From Planctomycetia bacterium (GTDB taxonomy: Bacteria > Planctomycetota > Planctomycetia > Pirellulales > UBA1268), in contig JBJTDB010000069.1 in the NCBI GenBank assembly GCA_046092145.1, positions 1-46,069 of the forward strand: a stretch of 46,069 nt of DNA, in the 5' to 3' direction. The notes beneath the pieces are model-generated. The model worked only from the letters and a program-made list of their open reading frames with translations, searched no databases and was not told the DNA's origin. Each line of letters starts with the position of its first letter. Positions within the stretch are counted from its first letter, which is position 1. The position numbers were made by a program, and so were the translations under genes. Shown here in pieces: positions 9,606-19,419 of this stretch.

Positions 9606-9743
9606 GCTCAGGGCTGCCCGTGCCATTCGCCGGACGTTCGCTGCGCCCATCCTGGGCTTCGCTCACTCGGACCTGGCTTCGCTCCGCCATCCATGGCTTC
9701 GCTTGCCAGCTACGCCGGCTCCATGGCACGGGCAGCCCTGAGC
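9606..9743. repeat. MITE-like/structured repeat, family B, with perfect 21-bp terminal inverted repeats
   Basis: gctcagggctgcccgtgccat (9606-9626) / atggcacgggcagccctgagc (9723-9743). Internal hairpins gcccATCCtgggc and gcCATCCatggc. Homologous to 42201-42332. Confidence 0.88.
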
Positions 9744-9763
9744 TACGGTTGAGAAGGTCGCAA

Positions 9764-9880
9764 GCCCGCCCGGATGGCGGGCCCCTAGGCCGCAGCGACC
9801 TGTGGTCGCGAAGGCCTCAAGCCCGCGGTGGCCATGGATGGCACCGCGGGCGTGAACTGGCACCGCGGGCGTGAACTGGC
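9764..9880. repeat. Three-hairpin repeat, family A, with a 19-bp tandem duplication, directly downstream of flgM
   Basis: Same three hairpins as 8938-9029; tggcaccgcgggcgtgaac is duplicated at 9839-9857 and 9858-9876. Confidence 0.88.
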
Positions 9881-10168
9881 TCACCCGCCCAGTCGTTCAA
9901 GCAGTCGGTCGAGGGCCAGATCGAGTTTCTCGGGCGTCTCGTACGAGCCGTCGGCGATCGCCGCGCGGATCGCGTTGACCCGGTCGAAGCGGATGTCGGA
10001 GGTCGCATCGGCGGCCCTGACGGCATCGACCGACAGCGTGACCGCATCACGCACCTCGGACACGCCCTGGTTGGCTGCCGTCTCGGCGGCGGCCTGTGCA
10101 GCCTCCACGCCCTTGACGGCGTTCACGCCTTGCGACCCATGCGTTGAAGTGACACCCCAAATGTTCAT
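9881..10168 (-). CDS. flgM: Anti-sigma-28 factor FlgM
   Basis: 95 aa with DAVTLS and DIRFDRVNAIRAAIADGSYETPEKLDLALDRLL (FlgM C-terminal signature). AAGGAG RBS; lies downstream of fliA. Confidence 0.9.
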   Translation of the reverse strand: MNIWGVTSTHGSQGVNAVKGVEAAQAAAETAANQGVSEVRDAVTLSVDAVRAADATSDIRFDRVNAIRAAIADGSYETPEKLDLALDRLLERLGG

Positions 10169-10346
10169 CGTTGATCTCCTTGCAGACAGTCGTGTGGTTC
10201 CGTCGTCCCCCGTTCGTATCCGGCTCTACGAAGCCGGCCGTCGGAGGGTTCGCTCGAAATCGCCCGAAGTCTTCCTTTCCATTGTTGCCGCGGTCTCGCG
10301 ATCCGGCGACTCCAGTCTCCGAATCATGCGCCGCTCCATCCGATCT

Positions 10347-10409
10347 TCATCGGCAGGGACGGCCAGCAATCTTGATCCGATTTTTTCCGTTCCAGTTTTT
10401 CCTGTTTTC
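10347..10409 (-). promoter_or_regulatory. Putative sigma-28 promoter of flgM (TCAAG-N16-GCCGATGA) with upstream A-tracts
   Basis: -35 TCAAG at 10375-10371, -10 GCCGATGA at 10354-10347, A-tracts at 10381-10409 on the minus strand. Confidence 0.65.
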
Positions 10410-10465
10410 CGGCCCTGCATCCTTCGCAGGCTGCCCAGCCTGCCATCGTTCACGGTCCGGGATCG

Positions 10466-11257
10466 TCACATCGCGAATTCCGGGCGCCGCCGTTCGAGCT
10501 GGTTTTGCAGCCGTTCGACGATCGCGGAATGCATCTGGCTCACGCGGCTCTCGGAGAGGTCGAGCGTGGCGCCGATCTCCTTCATCGTGAGTTCCTCGTA
10601 GTAGTACAGGATGATGATCAGCCGTTCGTTGCGGTTGAGTCCCTTGGTGACCAGCCGCATGAGGTCGGCCTTTTGAATCCGGCGGGTGGGGTCCTCGCCC
10701 TTCTTGTCTTCCAGGATGTCGATTTCGCGCACGTCCTTGGAACTGTCGGTCTCGCACCACTTCTTGTTGAGGCTGACGAGGCTCGCCGCGTTGGCCTCCA
10801 CGAGCAGTTTCTCGAAATCCTCGCGGGAGAGCCCCATGTGCTCGGCCACCTCGGCATCGGCGGGCGCCCGTCCGAGCTTGGCCTCGAGGGTCTTGATCGC
10901 CTCGTTGAGCTTGCTCGCCTTGCTGCGGACGAGCCGTGGCACCCAGTCCATGGTCCGCAGTTCGTCGAGCATGGCGCCGCGGATTCGGGGCACGCAGTAG
11001 GTCTCGAACTTCACGCCTCGGGACATGTCGAAGGCGTCGATGGCGTCCATGAGGCCGAACGTGCCGGCCGAGACAAGGTCGTCGAGTTCGACGCCATCGG
11101 GAAGCCGCGACCAGATCCTCTCGCCGTTGTACTTCACCAACGGCAGGTAGATCTCGATGAGCTTGTTTCGCAGCGATTCGTTCGACTGGTCCTTCTTGAA
11201 CCGTTTCCAGAGATCGTGGATCTCCTCGGGCGTCAGCTGGCTTGCTTGATAGGCCAC
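10466..11257 (-). CDS. fliA: RNA polymerase sigma-28 factor, FliA/WhiG family
   Basis: DDLVSAGTFGLMDAIDAFD, KFETYCVPRIRGAMLDELRTMDWVPRLVR, LYYYEELTMKEIGATLDLSESRVSQMH. GTG start with AAGGAG RBS. Confidence 0.96.
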   Translation of the reverse strand: MAYQASQLTPEEIHDLWKRFKKDQSNESLRNKLIEIYLPLVKYNGERIWSRLPDGVELDDLVSAGTFGLMDAIDAFDMSRGVKFETYCVPRIRGAMLDELRTMDWVPRLVRSKASKLNEAIKTLEAKLGRAPADAEVAEHMGLSREDFEKLLVEANAASLVSLNKKWCETDSSKDVREIDILEDKKGEDPTRRIQKADLMRLVTKGLNRNERLIIILYYYEELTMKEIGATLDLSESRVSQMHSAIVERLQNQLERRRPEFAM

Positions 11258-11291
11258 GTCTTCACTCCTTGAGTAGCGTCCGATCCGTATG

Positions 11292-11320
11292 ACATCGTCG
11301 GATCGGCATCCTGTCCTTGA
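11292..11320 (-). promoter_or_regulatory. Putative sigma-28 (autoregulatory) promoter of fliA (TCAAG-N16-GACGATGT)
   Basis: TCAAG at 11320-11316, 16-nt spacer, GACGATGT at 11299-11292. Same geometry as the flgM site. Confidence 0.55.
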
Positions 11321-11389
11321 ATTGGTTTTCAGCCGCCCCTGCGGCTTGCCTGGCTTGCCCGGCCTGCGCCGGGCTTTCTCCCGATGCGG

Positions 11390-13498
11390 CTATGCCGCAC
11401 GCGACACCTCCCCGTCTCCGAGCGTGGTGAAGACCTCGACCTTCGGTTCGTCGGCGATCTCCTCCTCCGCGAAGATGCGGAGTTCTGGTAGCTGGCGGGT
11501 CAGCATGTCGCGAATCCGGCTCCGCGTGGCACCCGGCACGACCAGCACCGGTGCCGCACCACGCTCGGTGCCGGGCCGCAGCGCGCGGCGGAGGCCGGCC
11601 ACCAGATGAGGCGACGGGCTCGGGGCATCTCCCTGCGCGAGCCGGGAGACCGTCGCCGATTCCAGGCGGATGACCGGGAGGCGACCGCTTCGGTCGCGGG
11701 CCCGCCGGCAGATCGTTCGGGCGACATGGCGGCGGACGATTTCGGCCAGGGCGTCGGCATCGCGGCCCTCCGTGGCATGGTCGGCCATGATCTCGAGGAG
11801 TTCGGCGAGCGGTCGGATCGGCACGCCCTCACGGAGCAGCGATTGGAGCGTGCGGTGGATCCGGGCCACGGTGAGCACCCCAGGAACGATCGAATCGATT
11901 ACGGCCGGTTGACTGGCACGGAGCGATTCGACGAGCCGAGCCACGGCATCGCGGGTGAGAAGCCGGTCGGCCTGCATCCGGACAGCCGTTTCGATGCCCC
12001 GGGCGACCATCGTCGCGTCGTCGAGGACCTCGGCGCCATGCCGCCGCGCCAGGGCGGCCTTCGCCTCGCCGACCCATGCGCCACGGCGGCGGGTCAGCGG
12101 ATCGATGGCTTCGGCGCCATCGACCCGGGCGTCGTCATCGGCTGCCGCGATGACGAACCAGTGTCCTGCGGGAATGTCGCCTTCCTGCACGACATCGCCG
12201 GCGATCGTCACGCGGTAAGCGCGGTCGGGCATCGCCAGATCGTCACGAAACTGGACGGCCGGCACGACCAGCCCGAGGTCGGCGGCGACAGCCGAACGCA
12301 GTCCGGCCACGGTCGTCACGAGCGGGCCCTCGTCGCCCCCGCTGCCGGACGAGACCAGCCGGAGGAGGCTGCGGCCGACGTGCACGACGATCCGTTCGTC
12401 GGCAAGCACGGTTTCGGCGAGCGATGCGGTAGCGGGGGTGATGGCCGTTGCGGCCCGATCGGGCGACGTGCGGGCCGCTGGCCCGGTTCGTTTTCGGTCG
12501 GCACGTGCACGGCGGGAGACGGTCCAGGCGGCGGCCATCGTGACGACGGCCATCGCGGCCAGCGGCAGCGGCGGGAGGTCGGTGAAGCAGAGGAGCCCGA
12601 GAAAGATGGCGGTGATCAGGAGCACGTGCGGCCGCGACGTGAACTGCCGTCCGAACTCCTGCGAGAGGTCCACGGCCTGGCTCGACCGTGAAATGAGCAG
12701 GCCCGTGGCCACCGAGACGAAGAGCGAGGGCACGGCGCTGGAGAGCCCGTCGCCGATCGTCAGCCGCGAGAAGACATCGACCGCCTTCTGGACGGGCATG
12801 CCATGCTGGGCCACGCCGATCGCGAGCCCTCCGACGATGTTCACGACCGTGATGATCACGCCGGCCACGGCCTCGCCGCGGACGAACCGGCTCGCACCGT
12901 CCATGCTTGCGAAGAAATCGGCCTGCCGTTGCAGATCGAGCCGTGCCAGACGGGCCTGTTCGCGGGTGATCGTTCCGGCCTGCACTTCCGTGTCGATCGC
13001 CATCTGTCGCCCGGGCAGTCCATCGAGGGCAAACCGGGCGGCGACTTCGCTGGTCCGTGTCGAGCCTGCGGTGATGACGACGAACTGGATGACCGCGATG
13101 ATCGCGAAGATCACGGCACCGACGACGAGATTGTTGGCGGCGACGAATTCGCTGAATGCCTGCACGACGCCGCCGGCGGCGTGGGTGCCGTCGATGGCGG
13201 CGCGGGTGAGGATGAGCCGCGTCGTGGCGATATTCAGCACGAGGCGGACGAGCGTCGCTCCCAGAAGGAACGTCGGGAAGATGCTCATCTCCAGCGGGGT
13301 CCGAGCTGCGAGCGCCCCGAGGAGGGCCAGGACGGAGATCGTCAGATTGGCCGCCAGCATGAGATCGACGATCGGCGATGGCACCGGCGCCAAGACGACG
13401 AGCACCGCCAGCAGGATCGCCGCCGGGATGACGAAGTCGAGGACATGGGCCGACATCCCACGAGGAACGGCGATGGTCGTGCCGGCTGGCTGGGCCAT
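11390..13498 (-). CDS. flhA: FlhA/FHIPEP-family type III export-gate protein, divergent
   Basis: FPTFLL.ATLVRLVLNIATTRLIL, FVVIT.G..R.SEVAARFALDGLPGRQMAID, DFFASMDGASRFVRGEAVAG, LTIGDGL, multiple TM segments, cytoplasmic FRDD and LLREGVPIR. Confidence 0.9.
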   Translation of the reverse strand: MAQPAGTTIAVPRGMSAHVLDFVIPAAILLAVLVVLAPVPSPIVDLMLAANLTISVLALLGALAARTPLEMSIFPTFLLGATLVRLVLNIATTRLILTRAAIDGTHAAGGVVQAFSEFVAANNLVVGAVIFAIIAVIQFVVITAGSTRTSEVAARFALDGLPGRQMAIDTEVQAGTITREQARLARLDLQRQADFFASMDGASRFVRGEAVAGVIITVVNIVGGLAIGVAQHGMPVQKAVDVFSRLTIGDGLSSAVPSLFVSVATGLLISRSSQAVDLSQEFGRQFTSRPHVLLITAIFLGLLCFTDLPPLPLAAMAVVTMAAAWTVSRRARADRKRTGPAARTSPDRAATAITPATASLAETVLADERIVVHVGRSLLRLVSSGSGGDEGPLVTTVAGLRSAVAADLGLVVPAVQFRDDLAMPDRAYRVTIAGDVVQEGDIPAGHWFVIAAADDDARVDGAEAIDPLTRRRGAWVGEAKAALARRHGAEVLDDATMVARGIETAVRMQADRLLTRDAVARLVESLRASQPAVIDSIVPGVLTVARIHRTLQSLLREGVPIRPLAELLEIMADHATEGRDADALAEIVRRHVARTICRRARDRSGRLPVIRLESATVSRLAQGDAPSPSPHLVAGLRRALRPGTERGAAPVLVVPGATRSRIRDMLTRQLPELRIFAEEEIADEPKVEVFTTLGDGEVSRAA

Positions 13499-13624
13499 GA
13501 AGGGCGAGTCACTGGGGTGAAAAACGTCGCTGACGGGCGGCGGGACGGTAGCGGAGCCCCGCAGGCCCGTCCAGACCGCTCCGGGCCGCGAGAGCGGCTA
13601 GAATGAAGGTTTTGGAACCGTGCC

Positions 13625-14068
13625 ATGCACCATGATCGCCTCGGCCTCGCCTTCGACTATCCCGACAACTGGTCGGTCGATACCGATGCCTCCGACATCG
13701 CCGCTCCTGCCGTCACGGTGTCGTCGCCCGATGGGGCCTTTTGGTCGCTCAGCGCCCATGCCGCCGGCACCGACCCCGACAGCCTCTCCCGAGCCGTGCT
13801 CGACGAGATGCGAAGGGAATACCGCGACCTCGACAGCGAGTCGGTGGTTGACGAGGTCGGTGGACACCCCATCGCCGGATTCGACCTCAACTTCTACTGC
13901 CTCGATCTCACGAACACCGCCCACGTGCGGGCGATGGCCACGCCTGCGGCGACCTATGTCGTCTTTTGCCAGGCGGAGGACCGGGAGTGGGATCGCGTGG
14001 CGCCGGTCTTCGAGGCCATGACGGCCAGTTTCATTCGATCGCTTCCCCGCGACGACGACGACGAATGA
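13625..14068 (+). CDS. Conserved hypothetical protein (PsbP/DcrB-like fold suspected)
   Basis: LAFDYPDNWSV...GFDLNFYCLDLTNTA...FCQAEDREW...FEAMTASF; normal codon usage; TAGAAT -10 at 13599-13604. Confidence 0.75.
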   Translation: MHHDRLGLAFDYPDNWSVDTDASDIAAPAVTVSSPDGAFWSLSAHAAGTDPDSLSRAVLDEMRREYRDLDSESVVDEVGGHPIAGFDLNFYCLDLTNTAHVRAMATPAATYVVFCQAEDREWDRVAPVFEAMTASFIRSLPRDDDDE

Positions 14069-14224
14069 AAAAGACTCGTGGATCAGGGGAGCCCGTGCTT
14101 GGTCGCCGGATGTTCCCGGCCTTCCCGGCCGCCGTGGTTTACGGTTCGCGGGAGCGCGCCTAAGATTCCGTTGACTGCATGCTCGTGTCAGATGGCCTGA
14201 GCTGCCCCCCCGCAGGAAGCCGCC

Positions 14225-15316
14225 GTGTCCCCCCTCCTCCTTCTCGCCGCCGCCGACAGGGCCACATCTTCCGCCGCGCCACTCGGTGGGAGTCCGATCC
14301 AGATGGTGCACTGGCTCGCCTTTGGCGCGCTCGTGACGGTGCTCCTGGTGCTCGATCTGACGGTGTTCCACAAGCAGTCGCACGAGCCGAGCCTTCGCGA
14401 AAGTGCGTTTTGGACATGCTTCTGGTCGGCCCTGGCCCTCTCGTTCAATGCGCTCCTTTGGTGGTGGCTCGGCGGCAAGGCGGCCCTCGAGTTCCTCACG
14501 GGCTATCTCGTCGAGTGGTCGTTGTCGATGGACAACGTCTTCGTGTTCGCCGTCGTCTTCGGCTACTTCGGCGTGCCGCTGAAGTACCAGTATCGGGTCC
14601 TCTTCTGGGGCATCCTCGGTGCGGTGATCATGCGGCTGACGTTCGTCCTGCTCGGGGCCGAACTGGTCGAGCGGTTCAAGTGGGTCATGTGGATCTTCGG
14701 CGGCGTTCTGGTCTACACGGGCGTCGAGCTCGCCTTCAGCGACGATGATCACGAGCCCGGTGACAACGCGCTCATCCGCTTCTTCCGCCGCATTATTCCG
14801 GTCTCTTCGCGTTCGGAGGGCGACAGGTTCTTCATCCGTGAGAACGGCCGGCTCATGGCGACGCCGCTCTTTCTGGTGCTGCTCGTCGTCGAGAGCACCG
14901 ACGTGCTCTTCGCCGTCGACAGCGTGCCGGCGATCCTCGGCGTGGTCGAGAAGGGAACGCCCTACATGCGGTTCGTCGCCTTCACGTCGAATGTCTTCGC
15001 GATCCTCGGCCTGCGGGCCCTCTACTTCCTGCTCGCCGGCGTGATGGATCTCTTCCGGTTCCTCAACTACGGCCTCTCCGCGGTGCTCGTCTTCGTCGGC
15101 TTCAAGATGATCGCCGAGGCGGCCCGTCACAACGAATGGCTGGCGGGCCTCGGCGGCTGGGATGCCCATGCGAAGGGCCATCTCGTCCATCCGGCCGTTT
15201 CGCTGCTGTTGATCGTGTGCCTGATCGGCACCAGCGTGGTCGCGTCGCTCATGTTTCCCGAGCGCCGCGATGGCGGCCAGATCGCCGGCCATGGCGACAC
15301 GTCATCCGCGTCGTAA
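14225..15316 (+). CDS. TerC/Alx-family metal homeostasis membrane protein
   Basis: FLTGYLVEWSLSMDNVFVF, QYRVLFWGILGA, VESTDVLFAVDSVPA, FTSNVFAILGLRALYF. Confidence 0.95.
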   Translation: MSPLLLLAAADRATSSAAPLGGSPIQMVHWLAFGALVTVLLVLDLTVFHKQSHEPSLRESAFWTCFWSALALSFNALLWWWLGGKAALEFLTGYLVEWSLSMDNVFVFAVVFGYFGVPLKYQYRVLFWGILGAVIMRLTFVLLGAELVERFKWVMWIFGGVLVYTGVELAFSDDDHEPGDNALIRFFRRIIPVSSRSEGDRFFIRENGRLMATPLFLVLLVVESTDVLFAVDSVPAILGVVEKGTPYMRFVAFTSNVFAILGLRALYFLLAGVMDLFRFLNYGLSAVLVFVGFKMIAEAARHNEWLAGLGGWDAHAKGHLVHPAVSLLLIVCLIGTSVVASLMFPERRDGGQIAGHGDTSSAS

Positions 15317-15359
15317 GGCATCGGCGTCGTACGAATGGTGTCGCGAGCCCGGCCGACCG

Positions 15360-16664
15360 TCAGGTCCGCGGGGCAGCCTGCCGATAGACCTCTTCGTGGC
15401 CCGCGGCCATCTGATCGGCCCTGTGGCGGCGGTGCACGAGGGCGTGGCCATGGCGGCCCATGCGGGCGGCGAGAACGACGTCGTCGAGGATGGCGATGAT
15501 CGTGCGGGCGAGGTCGGCGGGGTCGCCCGGCGCATGCACGAGGCCCGCCCGTTCGTCGTCGAGCAGTTCCGGGAACGTGCCGTGCGCCGGCGCCACGACA
15601 GGCACCCCGGCCCCCATCGCCTCGATCACGGGGATTCCCTTCGCCTCCGGGAAAAGGGTCGGCATCGCGAAGACGTCGATCGATTCGAGCAACGCGAGTT
15701 TGCCGGGGCGATCGACCTGGCCGAGCCATGTGACATGGTCGCCCACGCCGAGATCGCGGGCGAGGCCGAGGCACGACGCGACGTAGGGTCGCTCGGCATC
15801 GACCTCCGCGCCGGCGGCCCGCAGCTCGACGTCGTGCCTCTCCCGGATCATCGGCAACGCGCGGATGATCTGGTCGAGCCCCGTTTCGGGGCAGGCTCTG
15901 GCCAACGATCCGACGACGAACCGTCCGCCGCGACCGCGGCGTCGCGCGGCCATGTCGGGGGGCGAGGCGGGGAAGCCGGCGGGATCGATGCCGTGCGGCA
16001 CGACGGCGATCCGATCATGGGGCACGGCCAGGGCATCGGCCATCAGGTCGGCATAGAAGTGGTTGAGCGCCACGAACCGATCGACGTCATCCGCCCGCTC
16101 GCGGAGCAGGCCATGAATCCTCGAGCGATGCGGCTCGGGAATCCGCTCGATGAAGATGTCTTCTCCCGAAAGGCTGCAGACGATCGCCGCTCCCGTCGCC
16201 TGGCGGATCCGGCGGGCCATGCCCAGCAGCAGGACGTTGGAGAGGTGGACGACATCGGGCCGGAGGCGGTCGGCGAGCAGGCTCGCGAGTTTCTCCACCT
16301 CCTTGCGGTGGCGGCCATGCTCCCCTTCGAGCGAGGAGATCGTGAGCGGGCCCAGATCGGCCGGGCGGGTCTCGCCCGTGCGGCTCGAGAGCCAGGTGAG
16401 AAGCCATTGCGAGTCGAGAAACCGGTCGAGAAACCAGGGCGTGTGCCGGAAGAGCGGGATGTGCTGCTGCAGCCAGATGTTCACGCCCCCCATCACGATT
16501 CGCCGCTCGGCGATGTTCTCCTCGTCGGTCGTCGTCGGCACGTAGGCCGGGAGGAGCATCGCGTCGTTGCCGCGGGCCCGCAGCGCCCGCACGAGCGTGT
16601 TGTCGTGGAGGCATGAGCCACACAGCCGCCCCCCCGCCCCGGCCGTGATGTGAACGACCCGCAT
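15360..16664 (-). CDS. Glycosyltransferase family 4 (GT-B)
   Basis: PDVVHLSN, VVPHGID, DVFAMPTLFPEAKGIPVIEAMGAGVPVV; N-terminal GAGGRLCGSCLHDN. Confidence 0.92.
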   Translation of the reverse strand: MRVVHITAGAGGRLCGSCLHDNTLVRALRARGNDAMLLPAYVPTTTDEENIAERRIVMGGVNIWLQQHIPLFRHTPWFLDRFLDSQWLLTWLSSRTGETRPADLGPLTISSLEGEHGRHRKEVEKLASLLADRLRPDVVHLSNVLLLGMARRIRQATGAAIVCSLSGEDIFIERIPEPHRSRIHGLLRERADDVDRFVALNHFYADLMADALAVPHDRIAVVPHGIDPAGFPASPPDMAARRRGRGGRFVVGSLARACPETGLDQIIRALPMIRERHDVELRAAGAEVDAERPYVASCLGLARDLGVGDHVTWLGQVDRPGKLALLESIDVFAMPTLFPEAKGIPVIEAMGAGVPVVAPAHGTFPELLDDERAGLVHAPGDPADLARTIIAILDDVVLAARMGRHGHALVHRRHRADQMAAGHEEVYRQAAPRT

Positions 16665-16671
16665 GGGATCC

Positions 16672-18525
16672 TCACGCTCCGCCGACGCGGCGATCGAGGG
16701 ACAAGAGCACGAGCGCCACGTCGGCGGGCGTGATCCCGGTCACGCGGCCGGCCTGGGCCAATGTCCGCGGCCTGATCCGCTCGAGCTTCTCACGGGCCTC
16801 GGCCCGAAGGTGCCGTACGGCGGTGTAGTCGAAGCCTTCCGGAATCATCCGGTCGGCGAGCTGCTGCCGCCGCGCGATCCGTTCTCGCTCCACAGCGAGG
16901 TAGCCGGCATAGCGGATGTCGGTCTCGATCTGCATCGCAGCCTCCCGCGATACGCCGGCCAGTTCCGGCTTGGCCGCGACGCAGTCCGTCCAGCGAACCT
17001 CGGGCCGCTTGAGCCGCTCCGCAAGTGGCACGCCATCGACGCGGTGCGCCGCCAGCAGGCCCAGGGCCGCCTCGATCTCGGCCTGCTTGGCCTCGAGCCG
17101 CGCGATCCGTTGCGGCTCGGCGAGCCCCAGCCGCGCGGCGGTGGGCGTGAGACGGCGGTCGGCGTTGTCGTGACGAAGCGCGAGCCGGTGCTCCGCGCGG
17201 CTGGTGAACATACGATAGGGCTCGTCGACACCACGGGTCACGAGGTCGTCGATGAGGACGCCGATGTAGGAATCTTCTCGCTGGAGCACGAGCGGCTCGC
17301 GTCCCGCCTGGACGAGGGCGGCGTTGGTTCCCGCCACGAGCCCCTGCGCCGCCGCCTCCTCGTAGCCGGTCGTGCCGTTGATCTGCCCGGCGCAGAACAG
17401 CCCGCGGACCCGCTTGCTCTGCAGTGACGGCCCAAGCTGATCGGGAGGGCAGTAGTCGTATTCGACGGCGTAGCCGTATCGCATGATCCGCGCCCGCTCG
17501 AGCCCCGGGATCATGCCGATCATGGCATCCTGCACGTCGCGGGGCAGGCTCGTGGAGATGCCATTCACGTAGATCTCCTGCGTCCGCCGCCCCTCGGGCT
17601 CCAGGAACAACTGGTGGCTCTCCTTGTCGGCGAACCGCACCACCTTGTCTTCGATGCTCGGACAGTATCGCGGCCCCTGCGACTCGATCTGGCCCGTGTA
17701 CATCGGCGCGCGGTGAAGGTTCGCCCGGATCAGGTCGTGGATCTCGGGAGTGGTCCGCGTGATCCAGCAGACCATCTGCTCCTGGAGAATGCCGTCGGTG
17801 AGGAACGAAAAGGGCTGCGGATCGGCGTCGCCCGGCTGCACGTCGAGCCGGGAGAAGTCGATCGACCGTGCCGACAGCCGGCAGGGCGTGCCGGTCTTGA
17901 AGCGGTCGATCGTGATCCCGGCGCGGGCCAGGGCCAGGCTCACGCCCGACGTCGTCCCCTCCCCCGCCCTGCCCCCGGCCGTCGTGGCCTCGCCGGTGTG
18001 CATGATCGCCTGGAGGAAGGTGCCGGTCGTGAGGACGACGGATGCCGCCCGATACTCGGCATTGCCCCGCACCCGCACGCCCACGATCCGCCGCGCCGGT
18101 CCGCCGTGGTCGGGCGAACGGATCGGTTCGAGCAGGAGATCCTCGACCGTCTCCTGCCGGAGGTCGAGATTGGGCGTCTCCTCGACGATCCGCTTCACCT
18201 CGATCTGATAGAGCTTCTTGTCGGCCTGGGCCCGCGGCCCGTGCATCGCCGGGCCCTTGGATCGGTTGAGCACACGGAACTGGATGCCGGTGGCGTCGAT
18301 CGCACGGCCCATCACGCCCCCCAGGGCATCGACCTCCCGGACGAGTTGCGCCTTGCCCACGCCACCGATCGCCGGATTGCAGCTCATCTGCCCGACGGTG
18401 TCGCAGTTGGCGGTCAGCAACGCGACTTTGGCGCCGAGCCTGGCCGCAGCGCATGCCGCCTCGACGCCGGCATGGCCTGCGCCGACGACGACGACGTCAT
18501 GCTCGTAGCGGCAACTGGAAGACAT
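16672..18525 (-). CDS. mnmG: tRNA uridine-5-carboxymethylaminomethyl modification enzyme MnmG/GidA
   Basis: [66 protein letters not shown]. Confidence 0.98.
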   Translation of the reverse strand: MSSSCRYEHDVVVVGAGHAGVEAACAAARLGAKVALLTANCDTVGQMSCNPAIGGVGKAQLVREVDALGGVMGRAIDATGIQFRVLNRSKGPAMHGPRAQADKKLYQIEVKRIVEETPNLDLRQETVEDLLLEPIRSPDHGGPARRIVGVRVRGNAEYRAASVVLTTGTFLQAIMHTGEATTAGGRAGEGTTSGVSLALARAGITIDRFKTGTPCRLSARSIDFSRLDVQPGDADPQPFSFLTDGILQEQMVCWITRTTPEIHDLIRANLHRAPMYTGQIESQGPRYCPSIEDKVVRFADKESHQLFLEPEGRRTQEIYVNGISTSLPRDVQDAMIGMIPGLERARIMRYGYAVEYDYCPPDQLGPSLQSKRVRGLFCAGQINGTTGYEEAAAQGLVAGTNAALVQAGREPLVLQREDSYIGVLIDDLVTRGVDEPYRMFTSRAEHRLALRHDNADRRLTPTAARLGLAEPQRIARLEAKQAEIEAALGLLAAHRVDGVPLAERLKRPEVRWTDCVAAKPELAGVSREAAMQIETDIRYAGYLAVERERIARRQQLADRMIPEGFDYTAVRHLRAEAREKLERIRPRTLAQAGRVTGITPADVALVLLSLDRRVGGA

Positions 18526-18531
18526 GAAGAC

Positions 18532-19419
<888 letters not shown>

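Noticed and set aside
9606-9743. tRNA or autonomous IS element
   Set aside because: No T-loop, anticodon arm or CCA end; no transposase ORF or clear target-site duplication.
10226-10453. 75-aa ORF between fliA and flgM
   Set aside because: No recognisable domain, atypical A-rich codons, and it overlaps the predicted flgM promoter and leader. A short leader peptide cannot be excluded.
11390-13498. flhA as a pseudogene or an injectisome SctV
   Set aside because: The ORF is full length without frameshifts and keeps the key charged residues; the fliA/flgM context indicates flagellar ancestry.
14069-14224. yybP-ykoY (Mn2+) riboswitch expected upstream of terC/alx
   Set aside because: Only GGGGAG is present; the following UA, the CGUCA-like loop and the GAGACC segment are missing, and a TAAGAT -10 at 14161 lies downstream of it. 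An Rfam scan would settle it.
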